Virus record (IMG/VR): IMGVR_UViG_3300025103_003763
Span: 1-36,766 of that record
Source of the DNA: a virus
Taxonomy: Duplodnaviria > Caudoviricetes
DNA length: 36,766 nucleotides
Reading direction: 5' to 3' (one strand)
The translations under genes and the position numbers were made by a program. The notes below the pieces were generated by a model. The model made no database searches. It was not told the DNA's origin and saw nothing but the letters and a program-made list of their open reading frames with translations. Below are positions 18,131 to 27,043 of the stretch, piece by piece (within the stretch, counting starts at the first letter, position 1; each line of letters opens with the position of its first letter).

Positions 18131-18424
18131 ATGACAGATTCAAATACAGAGCAAACTCAAAGTACCAATACGGACAGCAGATTCACTACGGTTAGGACAG
18201 TTTACGCTAGGGCGGCGATTGTACTTTTAGCTTTTAACTTCTGCCTCACGGGCTACATCGTCATGAACATGAACGAAACTACCCAACTACAAATTGATGG
18301 TCTTTCTGATAGGCAACCGATGGAAGAACCAACAATTAAAACGGTTTCTATGCCTACAGATGCAGTTACTAGTAGTCAAGAAGTTGAATCCCCTCAAACC
18401 CCAGTTCAGACAAGGGAGAAGTAA
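18131..18424 (+). CDS. Single-pass membrane hypothetical protein
   Basis: One hydrophobic helix AAIVLLAFNFCLTGYIVM; Thr/Pro/Gln-rich tail. Confidence 0.7.
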   Translation: MTDSNTEQTQSTNTDSRFTTVRTVYARAAIVLLAFNFCLTGYIVMNMNETTQLQIDGLSDRQPMEEPTIKTVSMPTDAVTSSQEVESPQTPVQTREK

Positions 18425-18481
18425 ATTATTATAAAATAATTATTATAATTTTTCTTTTTAGATACCCCTTTTCGTATTAAC

Positions 18482-18510
18482 TTGCGTTAAGGGGTGTTTC
18501 TTTGTAGATT
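18482..18510 (+). promoter_or_regulatory. sigma70-like promoter, leaderless
   Basis: TTGCGT (18482-18487), 17 nt, TAGATT (18505-18510); ATG at 18518. Confidence 0.5.
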
Positions 18511-18517
18511 ATTAATC

Positions 18518-19111
18518 ATGAACTCTAGCATCATTTCCGTGACCATGAAGGAGTTTACCGAAGGGGCCAAGGCTGGTGTAGATAGGACGGTCACAAATGC
18601 ATTTGGCCAAGTGAAACAAAAAGAGGATTTTCCTTCTATTGGCGGGAACAAGTGGGCTTGTGATATAGCTTCTGCAATAGCAGAAGTAGCGTTCGCTAAA
18701 TTTATTGGAGAAGATTGGATAGGGGGAGTAAATACTTTTCATAAACCTGACGTTGCCCCTAATTGGCAAGTTAGGTACACCGATAACCCTAATGGATGCT
18801 TAATCGTTAGGCCAAAAGAAAACTCTAAATTTAATGACAGGTACGTTTTAGTTAAAGGGACTAAAATTACAAAGACTTCCACCTATATAAGAGCAAAAAA
18901 GAAATCGGTGACTGTAGATAGATATGAACTTACTCCAGACTTTAGAATTGCGGGATGGATGCTTGGAGGAGACGCCATTAAAGATAAGTATTTGAAAAAT
19001 CCTAACGGTCAAGGGGAGGCATATTTTGTACCCGAAAAAGATTTAATTAAATTTTCCGAATCAAAAGCTAAAGCTCTTTCGACTGCGCTTGATGATAGTT
19101 TTGATTTCTAA
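18518..19111 (+). CDS. Hypothetical phage protein, possible restriction-endonuclease-like fold
   Basis: AIAEVAFAKF...PDV...QVRYT...YVLV...AGWM pattern; ATG 18518 is preferred over the track's GTG 18494 because of the promoter spacing. Confidence 0.55.
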   Translation: MNSSIISVTMKEFTEGAKAGVDRTVTNAFGQVKQKEDFPSIGGNKWACDIASAIAEVAFAKFIGEDWIGGVNTFHKPDVAPNWQVRYTDNPNGCLIVRPKENSKFNDRYVLVKGTKITKTSTYIRAKKKSVTVDRYELTPDFRIAGWMLGGDAIKDKYLKNPNGQGEAYFVPEKDLIKFSESKAKALSTALDDSFDF

Positions 19112-19113
19112 TT

Positions 19114-19476
19114 ATGGGGCAGGATGACAAAGGGAAAAAAAAGGCACGGCGTAAAGCGCAGAACAAGAATTATCAAGCAAGAAGAACTTTATTTAAGAGG
19201 AAGCTCGTTGACGATAGCGGTGGAAAATGTAAGGTCTGCGGATATAATAGATGCCTTAGAGCATTAGAATTTCATCACATTGACCCTAAGAAAAAAAATT
19301 TTCCGATAACTGATTTTATAAATAGTCGAACTTCTTTAGATAATTACGAAGAAGCATTGAAAGAGACAAAATTATGCGCTTTAGTTTGCAGGAATTGCCA
19401 TGCTGAAATACATGCAGGTTTAGTAGAAATTAATGGCAAAAAATTAAAAAGAAAAAAGGGAAAAAGATTGAGTTAA
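19114..19476 (+). CDS. HNH endonuclease with Zn ligands
   Basis: CKVCGY...LEFHHIDP...CALVCRNCHAEIH. Confidence 0.88.
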   Translation: MGQDDKGKKKARRKAQNKNYQARRTLFKRKLVDDSGGKCKVCGYNRCLRALEFHHIDPKKKNFPITDFINSRTSLDNYEEALKETKLCALVCRNCHAEIHAGLVEINGKKLKRKKGKRLS

Positions 19477-19477
19477 A

Positions 19478-20338
19478 ATGTCAAATCGCAAAGGTATAAT
19501 TCTTACTGGGGGGCTTGGAACTAGACTTTATCCGTTAACTGGGATTATCAACAAACAGTTATTACCAGTTTACGATAAGCCAATGATTTACTATCCGTTA
19601 TCCACGCTTATAAAAAATGGGATAAAAGATGTCTGCATTATATCTTCACCACAGTATTTAAGTTTCTATATTCAACTATTTGGAAACGGGGAAAGCTTGG
19701 GTTTAAATATAGAGTATCGTTTACAAGAAGCCCCCAAAGGAATTTCAGAAGCTTTTTTGATAGCGGAAAGTTTTATCGGCAACTCTAATGTTTCTTTAAT
19801 TTTAGGTGATAACATTTTTCAGGGTGCTCAAAAATTTGAGATACCAGATAAGGGCGGAACAGTTTTCGCCTATGGAGTAAAAAACCCTCAAGAATATGGG
19901 GTTATTGATTTTGACGACAAAGGTAAGGCTCTTTCCATAGAAGAGAAGCCTAAGAAACCAAAAAGTAAATATGCCGTTCCCGGTTATTATTGTTTTGATA
20001 AAAACGTAGTCGAATATGCAAAGACGCTTAAGCCTTCGGCTAGAGGAGAACTTGAGATTACGAGTTTGATAGAAATTTATTTAAAGAATAAATCATTAAA
20101 TGTAATTAAATTGAATCGCGGATTTGTTTGGCTAGATGCAGGAACTCCAGCCACCCTTCATCAAGCTGCCTGTTACGTTCAAACCCTGCAAGAAAGACAG
20201 GGGGTGTCAATAGGCTGCGTAGAAGAAGCGGCTTTTGAATCCGGCTTTATAGATAAAGATCAACTTGTCAAAGCGATGGAGTATTATCCAGAAAGTGATT
20301 ACAAAGTATATTTAAAAGGCGTTTTAAATAATGAGTAA
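19478..20338 (+). CDS. rmlA: Glucose-1-phosphate thymidylyltransferase
   Basis: KGIILTGGLGTRLYPLT, KQLLPVYDKPMIYYPLSTL, LILGDNIF, EEKP, PSARGELEIT, WLDAGT. Confidence 0.96.
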   Translation: MSNRKGIILTGGLGTRLYPLTGIINKQLLPVYDKPMIYYPLSTLIKNGIKDVCIISSPQYLSFYIQLFGNGESLGLNIEYRLQEAPKGISEAFLIAESFIGNSNVSLILGDNIFQGAQKFEIPDKGGTVFAYGVKNPQEYGVIDFDDKGKALSIEEKPKKPKSKYAVPGYYCFDKNVVEYAKTLKPSARGELEITSLIEIYLKNKSLNVIKLNRGFVWLDAGTPATLHQAACYVQTLQERQGVSIGCVEEAAFESGFIDKDQLVKAMEYYPESDYKVYLKGVLNNE

Positions 20339-21113
20339 AACTTTAGTTATTTATTGTTACTTCAGGGAGACAGAAGCTACAAGATACTTCTTTAAGCATG
20401 GAGTGGAAGAGATTCCCTCTGTTGATTATATGGTTGTAATTAACCAACCGAATATTGATGAGCCCATTTCTTTACCTCAAGAAATTTTAAATTATAAAAA
20501 TGTTACAGTATTAAATAGAGATAATAGTGGTCGAGATTGGGGTGCTTATAGCCACGCTCTTCAGCACTTAAAAGATAGTGAAGAAATTAATAATTATGAT
20601 TATTTCGTTTTTTTAAACGAGACTGTTATCGGTCCTTTTTTTCCTCTTTGGGCCGACAATCAAAATTGGACTACAGCTTTTACGAGTTTAATTAATGAGA
20701 GAGACAAGTTAGTTGGATGCACAATTAATTGTAACTGTATGATTCCTGACGCTTATATGCCTCATGTGCAGACTTTTCTTTTTGCCACTGATCAGACTGG
20801 GGTAAAAGTTGGCTTTGACGAAGGGATATTTTCGAATGATATTTCAGATTTAAAATTCGATGTTATTTACGAAAAAGAAATAGGGTATTCTCGTGCTATT
20901 TTATCTAACAATTATAATATTTCCTGTTTGATGCCTTGCTATAAAGGGGTTGATTTTAGAAACGAGGAGCCGAAAAAGAAAGGGGGAGACCCTTGGAACG
21001 AAAACGCATATTTTTCTTGCAATATTCACCCTTTTGAAACTATATTTTTTAAGAACAATAGAAAATTTCAAGGGAAGTTAATAAATAATTTAATAAGTTG
21101 GAGTAATTTATGA
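20331..21113 (+). CDS. RgpF/rhamnan-synthesis-like glycosyltransferase
   Basis: RDNSGRDWGAY, FVFLNETVIGP, PHVQTFLF, EIGYS, HPFETIFFK. Confidence 0.6.
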   Translation: MSKTLVIYCYFRETEATRYFFKHGVEEIPSVDYMVVINQPNIDEPISLPQEILNYKNVTVLNRDNSGRDWGAYSHALQHLKDSEEINNYDYFVFLNETVIGPFFPLWADNQNWTTAFTSLINERDKLVGCTINCNCMIPDAYMPHVQTFLFATDQTGVKVGFDEGIFSNDISDLKFDVIYEKEIGYSRAILSNNYNISCLMPCYKGVDFRNEEPKKKGGDPWNENAYFSCNIHPFETIFFKNNRKFQGKLINNLISWSNL

Positions 21114-21988
21114 TAGCTATATTAGGAGCAAATGGATACCTTGGTTCCGCTTACGTTACTTATTTCACTGAGAATAGGATTCCTTACATACCTTATTCTA
21201 GAAGTAAGGATGGAGACCTTTTAGGTAAAGATAACCTTTTTAATTTTTTAAAAAGTAATAAGCCGACTTTTTTAGTTAATGCTGCTGGATATACCGGCAA
21301 ACCAAATGTTGATGCGTGTGAATTAGATAAAGAGGCCACTTATGCGGGGAATGTAACCTTACCAATGATTGTTGGAGAAACGTGCGAAACCTTAAGTATT
21401 CCTTGGGGGCATGTATCTTCTGGTTGCATTTACAACGGTTACGATAAAGACTACGAAGAAACTGACGAGCCAAATTTTTCTTTTGATAATCCGCCATGTA
21501 GTTATTACAGCGGAACAAAAGCTGAAGCTGAAAGTAAAATAATGGAAGCTTTTGATAAAGTTTTTATTTGGAGACTAAGAATACCTTTTGACGAAAACCC
21601 AAACAAAAGGAATTATCTTACTAAAGTTTTAAATTACGATACTCTTTTAAATATTAAAAATTCCGTAAGTCATAAAGAGGATTTTGTAAAAGCCACTTTA
21701 CAGCTTGTAAATAAGAAGTGCGATAGCGGTATTTACAATGTCGTTAATACTGGTCATTTTACCGCTTCAGATGTTTTAGCTTTATTTTTTGAGAAATACA
21801 CAAACGGCTTAGAAGATAAAAATTGGAGGCTAATACAAAGTGTCGAAGAGTTTTATCAGGTAGTAAAAACGGTTACGCCACGATCTAATTGTGTACTGAG
21901 TAATAAAAAGTTATTAGACTCAGGAATAAAAATAAGACACGTCCATGAAGCTATGTCTTCTGCGATAGACAACTACACAATGGTATGA
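21110..21988 (+). CDS. NDP-4-keto-6-deoxyglucose 3,5-epimerase/4-reductase (NRS/ER, UER1-type; RmlD-like SDR)
   Basis: GANGYLG Rossmann motif, NAAGYTGKPNVDACE, SSGCIY, YYSGTK (YxxxK), RLRIPF. Confidence 0.8.
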   Translation: MIAILGANGYLGSAYVTYFTENRIPYIPYSRSKDGDLLGKDNLFNFLKSNKPTFLVNAAGYTGKPNVDACELDKEATYAGNVTLPMIVGETCETLSIPWGHVSSGCIYNGYDKDYEETDEPNFSFDNPPCSYYSGTKAEAESKIMEAFDKVFIWRLRIPFDENPNKRNYLTKVLNYDTLLNIKNSVSHKEDFVKATLQLVNKKCDSGIYNVVNTGHFTASDVLALFFEKYTNGLEDKNWRLIQSVEEFYQVVKTVTPRSNCVLSNKKLLDSGIKIRHVHEAMSSAIDNYTMV

Positions 21989-22022
21989 AAAAGATAACAC
22001 ACAATGGTATGAAAAAGATAAC
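21975..22022 (+). repeat. Perfect 24-bp tandem duplication across a gene junction
   Basis: ACACAATGGTATGAAAAAGATAAC occurs at 21975-21998 and 21999-22022. Confidence 0.95.
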
Positions 22023-22656
22023 TTACTCAACAAAGGATTATGATTTTAATTCTTTAATAAAAGAATGGCTTCAGGTAGACGACTTAACTACCCTCCATAA
22101 GTTGTCCGACTATAAAGAAATTTTTTCTAGGGAAAAAGATCAAAGTAGCGAGTGGCATCAAACTTTTTATAATAAAATTAGAAATGACTCTTCGTTTTTT
22201 GATCTTTACGAAAGGTTTTTGGCCGACGTAATTAAACCTACTCATGAGGAAGGGATAGTCTATCAAAAAATTCCGACTTTTAGAGTTCACCTTTCTGGGA
22301 ACATCGCGGTTGGCGAATGGCATAAAGACAAAGCTTATAGAGAAGATGGTTGGTCAGATTTAGTGAAGGAAATAAATTATTATTTGCCATTCACCGATAC
22401 GAATGATGAAAATACTATTTGGGTGGAAAGTGAAGAAGATAAGGGCGATTTTTCTCCGATGATTTTAAAATATGGAGAATGTATGAAGTGGGATGGCGTA
22501 AATTTAATGCATGGTAATAAAGTTAATAGTTCAGATAAGACTAGGGTAAGCGTGGACTTTAGAGTTATTGATAAAAAAAATTATGTACCAAGTGAACACG
22601 GCTCAATTAACATGAAAATTCCATTTTCAATTGGTGGTTATTATAAGGAAATGTAA
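21985..22656 (+). CDS. StrG-like Fe(II)/2-oxoglutarate dioxygenase-fold protein
   Basis: YQKIPTFRVH, WHKD (HxD), NYYLPFT, HGNKVN, TRVSVDFR. Confidence 0.7.
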   Translation: MKKITHNGMKKITYSTKDYDFNSLIKEWLQVDDLTTLHKLSDYKEIFSREKDQSSEWHQTFYNKIRNDSSFFDLYERFLADVIKPTHEEGIVYQKIPTFRVHLSGNIAVGEWHKDKAYREDGWSDLVKEINYYLPFTDTNDENTIWVESEEDKGDFSPMILKYGECMKWDGVNLMHGNKVNSSDKTRVSVDFRVIDKKNYVPSEHGSINMKIPFSIGGYYKEM

Positions 22657-22658
22657 TT

Positions 22659-23822
22659 ATGAAAAAGTCTTTTTTTTCTAAAGATTGTATCCCGCTGTTT
22701 AAAGTTTTCATGGCTGAGTCGGCGGCAGAGAAAGTTTCTGAAGTATTAAGTAGCGGCTTCATTGGTCAAGGGCCGAAGGTAGACCTATTTGAATCTAAAT
22801 TAAAAAATTGGTTTAAGAGTGAGTATGTGGCAACCACGAATGCTGCCACTTCCGCAGAACATTTGGCATTACATTTATTAAAAAAGCCTCATGGAGAATG
22901 GGGCGGTTTAAAAGATGGCGACGAAGTACTTTCTTCCCCTTTGACTTGTACTGCTTCTAATTGGCCCACTCTAGCAAACAATTTAAAAATTAAGTGGGTT
23001 GATATAGATAGTAATAATTTAAACGTAGACCTTGACGATTTAGAAAGAAAAATATCCCCGAAAACTAAAGCTATGATGCTCGTTCATTGGGGTGGTTATC
23101 CTATAGATTTGGATAGAGTTAAGAGGATACAGGAAAAAGCTCAAGAGATGTACGGGTTTAAGCCTATGGTTATCGAAGACTGCGCCCATTCTCTTGGCTC
23201 TACCTATAAGGGGAAAAAGATAGGCAATCATGGTAATTTTTGCACATTCAGCTTCCAAGCGATTAAACATATAACCACTGGGGACGGAGGAATACTTATT
23301 TCTCCCGAAAAATATTATCACGATAGAGCAAAAGTAATTCGCTGGTACGGTATAGACAGAGAAAATAATAAAAAAGATTTTAGATGCGAAGCCGACATTG
23401 AAGAATGGGGTTACAAGTTTCATATGAATGATATAGCGGCGTCTATTGGTTTAGAAAATTTAAATTACGCTGATGAAATAATTTCTAAACATAGGAGTAA
23501 TGCGGCATTTTATGATAGAGAGTTATCTAATGTAAATGGCGTGACATTGTTAGAAAGGAAAGAAGATAGACAGTCTTCTTTTTGGATATACAGTCTACTT
23601 GTAGAAAATAAAAGCGATTTTATGGATTGGATGAGGGAGTGTAATATTATGGTAAGCCAAGTTCACGAAAGAAACGATGGCCATACTTGCGTTAGTGAAT
23701 TTAAGAGTTGCTTACCTTCATTAGATAAAATTGTTCCTAAGCTTATTTCTATTCCTGTGGGTTGGTGGGTGACAGAGGAGCAAAGGCAGTATATTGTGGA
23801 TTGTATTAAGAAGGGGTGGTAA
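22659..23822 (+). CDS. DegT/DnrJ/EryC1/StrS PLP-dependent sugar aminotransferase
   Basis: GPKVDLFE, VHWGG, IEDCAH, FSFQAIKHITTGDGG, GYKFHMNDI. Confidence 0.93.
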   Translation: MKKSFFSKDCIPLFKVFMAESAAEKVSEVLSSGFIGQGPKVDLFESKLKNWFKSEYVATTNAATSAEHLALHLLKKPHGEWGGLKDGDEVLSSPLTCTASNWPTLANNLKIKWVDIDSNNLNVDLDDLERKISPKTKAMMLVHWGGYPIDLDRVKRIQEKAQEMYGFKPMVIEDCAHSLGSTYKGKKIGNHGNFCTFSFQAIKHITTGDGGILISPEKYYHDRAKVIRWYGIDRENNKKDFRCEADIEEWGYKFHMNDIAASIGLENLNYADEIISKHRSNAAFYDRELSNVNGVTLLERKEDRQSSFWIYSLLVENKSDFMDWMRECNIMVSQVHERNDGHTCVSEFKSCLPSLDKIVPKLISIPVGWWVTEEQRQYIVDCIKKGW

Positions 23823-24544
23823 TGATTAGTGGCAAATATAAAAACATTCACAAAGGGAAATCAGGAGTCTTGTTTGCAACTGGCCCTTCCTTAAATCAAT
23901 TTACCCCAAATTTATTAGATGAGCCTTTAGAAGATGTAGTAAAGGTTGGAGTAAATTCATTCATTTACAAAGACGATGTTGATTTGGACTATTATTTTTG
24001 TGCTCAAGATGTAGCAAAAGAGCCTAGCGACCACCCTCATAAATCTGATGATGCTCCCGAGATTTTACTTAAAACGCCCCTTTTTGATAAAATCCTTGAG
24101 AAATGTGACAAGGTGAAGGTTTTTTGTGCTTATTCTGTGGATGGAAAACGTCACCATGAACTTTTTAATGACGAAGAAATAGAGCGAATGAATGCTGAGA
24201 CTTACGAGCTTGACTCGCGCCTTGGGGCAAAACGTTTTAGAAAAGACATTTCTTCTGGCCCTTTATTCAACCACAGTATTTCTTTTCCAGCTTTACAGTT
24301 TCTATTATACGTTGGCGTGACTAAAATATATTTGGTTGGGTGCGATTCTAGCGGCGGAAAATCTTACTTGATGCCAGAAGCTCCCGCTTGGAGGTTGGCG
24401 TTAAATGGATATAAGATTGGTCAGTGGCGTGACTTTAGAGACTTTCGTGAAGAAGAATATCCTGAAGTTGAATTAGTTTCCGTAAATCCGATAGGCTTAA
24501 AGGGCATGTTCCGCGATAAGAACAGTAGAGAAGTATATAGTTAA
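23822..24544 (+). CDS. DUF115/Maf-like (sialyltransferase-fold) protein, paralog 1
   Basis: LFATGPSL, VGVN, ALQFLLYVGVTKIYLVGCD; ATG 23822 is TAATG-coupled (track start 23816). Confidence 0.7.
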   Translation: MISGKYKNIHKGKSGVLFATGPSLNQFTPNLLDEPLEDVVKVGVNSFIYKDDVDLDYYFCAQDVAKEPSDHPHKSDDAPEILLKTPLFDKILEKCDKVKVFCAYSVDGKRHHELFNDEEIERMNAETYELDSRLGAKRFRKDISSGPLFNHSISFPALQFLLYVGVTKIYLVGCDSSGGKSYLMPEAPAWRLALNGYKIGQWRDFRDFREEEYPEVELVSVNPIGLKGMFRDKNSREVYS

Positions 24545-24545
24545 A

Positions 24546-25064
24546 ATGGATACCAAAGATATTGAATTATATAAACAGCTACACTTGCAAAATCAAGACT
24601 ATGGAGCTAGTGGAGGAGTCTATTTTAAGGAGATAGCAGATTTTATTCTAGACAAAAACCCTAAAGTAGTATTGGATTACGGATGCGGTAAGGGAGCTTT
24701 GTCCGATTTAATAGTCAGGTCACAGCTACAAGCAAAAGTCCACAGTTATGATCCTGCAATTAAAGGGAAAGAAACAATTCCTTTAGATAATTATGACATG
24801 ATTATTACTACTGATGTGTTAGAGCACCTATACGAAGATGAAATAGATTTTATTTTTTCTGACATGTTAAAACTTAAGCCCGTAAGCATGTACCATATAG
24901 TAAGTCACAGACTAGCACACGCTATCCTACCTGACGGAAGTAATGCTCATAAGACAGTACAAGCTCCAGAGTGGTGGGCAAATAGAATGAGAGAAAGTTT
25001 TTCAGGATACGAAATTGCTTACCATTGTACCGATGTAGGACACTTTAAAGTTTGTAAAAAATGA
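24546..25064 (+). CDS. Class I SAM-dependent methyltransferase
   Basis: VLDYGCGKG, YDP, TDVLEH, NAH...PEWW. Confidence 0.88.
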   Translation: MDTKDIELYKQLHLQNQDYGASGGVYFKEIADFILDKNPKVVLDYGCGKGALSDLIVRSQLQAKVHSYDPAIKGKETIPLDNYDMIITTDVLEHLYEDEIDFIFSDMLKLKPVSMYHIVSHRLAHAILPDGSNAHKTVQAPEWWANRMRESFSGYEIAYHCTDVGHFKVCKK

Positions 25065-25411
25065 ATTCAATACAAGGAAAAGTCTGGGGCAATACTCGAC
25101 CATTATTTTTTAAGAATAATGTAGAGATTCATAGAATAGAGACAGCTAAAGGCGGATACTGCTCTAAGCACTGTCACGAATATAAACACAATTTATTTTA
25201 TGTAGAGTCCGGCAAGTTAAAAATTACCGCATGGAAAAACGATTATGATTTAGTAGACGAAACCATAATCTCTACAGGTGAAGCTACTACAGTTCCCCCT
25301 AAAGAATATCACACTTTTGAAGCGTTAGAAGATACGGTTGCCTATGAAATTTATTGGGTAGAGCTTTTAGAAAAAGATATTAAAAGGGAAAATTGCGGTG
25401 GAGCATCTTAA
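25061..25411 (+). CDS. Cupin-domain protein
   Basis: GKVWG, CSKHCHEYKHNLFYVESG, VPPKEYHTF. Confidence 0.82.
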   Translation: MNSIQGKVWGNTRPLFFKNNVEIHRIETAKGGYCSKHCHEYKHNLFYVESGKLKITAWKNDYDLVDETIISTGEATTVPPKEYHTFEALEDTVAYEIYWVELLEKDIKRENCGGAS

Positions 25412-26096
25412 AGATTTCAAAAATGTTAATGAGGGTAAGTTTGCAATTTTATTTGCAACTGGACCTTCACTTAACGAATTTACCCCCTCTTTAATTCCAG
25501 AGAGCCTTGAAGAATTAGTAAAGGTCGGAGTTAATTCTTTTATTTATAAGAATGATATAGATTTAGACTATTATTTTTGCGCTCACGATGTAGCTAAAGA
25601 ACCAATCGATCATCCTCACAAGGCGGTAAATGGTTCTAGCATGTTATTAACTGTTCCTCTTTTCGAGAAAATAAAAGAACGCTGTAACGACATGCAAGTG
25701 TTCTGTTGCTCAAAGTTAGATGGAAGATATAATATAGAATTTTTTACAGAAGATGAACGTAAAGAAATGAATGGTATTCCTTACGAACTTTCTACCGCTA
25801 AAGGTAGCCATAACTTTAGCAAAGATATGGAGTCTCCTTTATATAATCATAGTATAGTTTTTCCTCCTTTGCAGGTTTTGTTATACTCTGGCATTAAAAA
25901 AATATATTTGGTCGGTTGTGATTGCGGAGGGGGTAATTCTTATTTGGTATCTAACGTCCCTTGGAGAGACGATATTTACTGGAACTGGATAGAGTTTAAA
26001 GAGTTTAAAGATAAAGAGTATCCTGACGTAGAAATTGTGTCCGTAAATCCGAAAGGGTTAAAAGGAGTTTTCGCTTCAGAAATATATAAAGAATAA
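25398..26096 (+). CDS. DUF115/Maf-like protein, paralog 2
   Basis: LFATGPSL, VKVGVNSFIYK, KIYLVGCD; extensive identity to 23822-24544. Confidence 0.7.
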   Translation: MEHLKDFKNVNEGKFAILFATGPSLNEFTPSLIPESLEELVKVGVNSFIYKNDIDLDYYFCAHDVAKEPIDHPHKAVNGSSMLLTVPLFEKIKERCNDMQVFCCSKLDGRYNIEFFTEDERKEMNGIPYELSTAKGSHNFSKDMESPLYNHSIVFPPLQVLLYSGIKKIYLVGCDCGGGNSYLVSNVPWRDDIYWNWIEFKEFKDKEYPDVEIVSVNPKGLKGVFASEIYKE

Positions 26097-26138
26097 AAAA
26101 AAACGAAATTTTACCCCCCAGAAAAAGCTCTCGCATAA

Positions 26139-26324
26139 GTGGACGATATACTAAAGATGGCAGAAAAACACGAAAAATATTTTGAGACCGAAAAGGGAAA
26201 AAAAGCTTTAAAAAAAGCTAGAAGCGCATATGACAAAAGAGACCCAGAAAGAAGGAGGAAGCAAAAAAGGGATTACATGAGGAGAAAGAGACAAAAGGAG
26301 ATGGAGGAAAAAGAAAGACTTTGA
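26139..26324 (+). CDS. Small highly basic helical protein
   Basis: 61 aa, K/R-rich (ERRRKQKRDYMRRKR); its stop overlaps the next start. Confidence 0.6.
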   Translation: MDDILKMAEKHEKYFETEKGKKALKKARSAYDKRDPERRRKQKRDYMRRKRQKEMEEKERL

Positions 26325-27043
26325 AGGGTATAGCTTTTACATTTGATGATGATGTATCCACTCATCATGAAATAATTGCTCCCATGTTTGAAAAGTATGG
26401 TATCAGTTGCACTTTTTTTATTAATGGTAGTAATTTAAATTTATGGAGGGGAATTCATGGGTATCAAGTCTCTGACATGACTGATGAACAAATCGTAGAC
26501 CTTTATAAAAGGGGTTTCGAAATAGGCAATCATACTTTTAATCACATCCACATTGCCGAGTCTACCCTTCCTGAGATACGTGACAACTTTTTAAAGACTG
26601 AAGATAAATTATCTTCATTAGGGGTAGAGGTAGCTCCCGTTTTTTCTTATCCGGGCTACGTTATAAATAAGTCTAGGGAAGAAATTAGGGGAGCATTAAC
26701 GGAGCTAGGGTATAAGCTGGGAAGGATTGGATATTTTGAAAAAGCTCCCGGCTATGATCATCATCTTGATAATAACCCCCAGACTTGGGAGAGGGATGAG
26801 AGCCATTACTATAAACCTAAAGAAACCGACCCTTTTTTTGTTAAATGCTGCGCTATGTTTTGCGACAACTTATCTTTCGATCTTTTTAAAAGCGCGGTAG
26901 AAAATGCCCCAGAAGATTCTTTTTGTATTACTAATGGTCACGTTTTTGCTCGTGATTATGAGATTGAAAAATTAGAGAAAATATGTAAATTTATTAAAGA
27001 TAATGACATTAAAACGGTCCATTTTTCCGATCTTCCTGCATGA
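26321..27043 (+). CDS. Polysaccharide deacetylase (CE4/NodB)
   Basis: FTFDD, TFFI, EIGNHTFNH, FSYP. Confidence 0.88.
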   Translation: MKGIAFTFDDDVSTHHEIIAPMFEKYGISCTFFINGSNLNLWRGIHGYQVSDMTDEQIVDLYKRGFEIGNHTFNHIHIAESTLPEIRDNFLKTEDKLSSLGVEVAPVFSYPGYVINKSREEIRGALTELGYKLGRIGYFEKAPGYDHHLDNNPQTWERDESHYYKPKETDPFFVKCCAMFCDNLSFDLFKSAVENAPEDSFCITNGHVFARDYEIEKLEKICKFIKDNDIKTVHFSDLPA

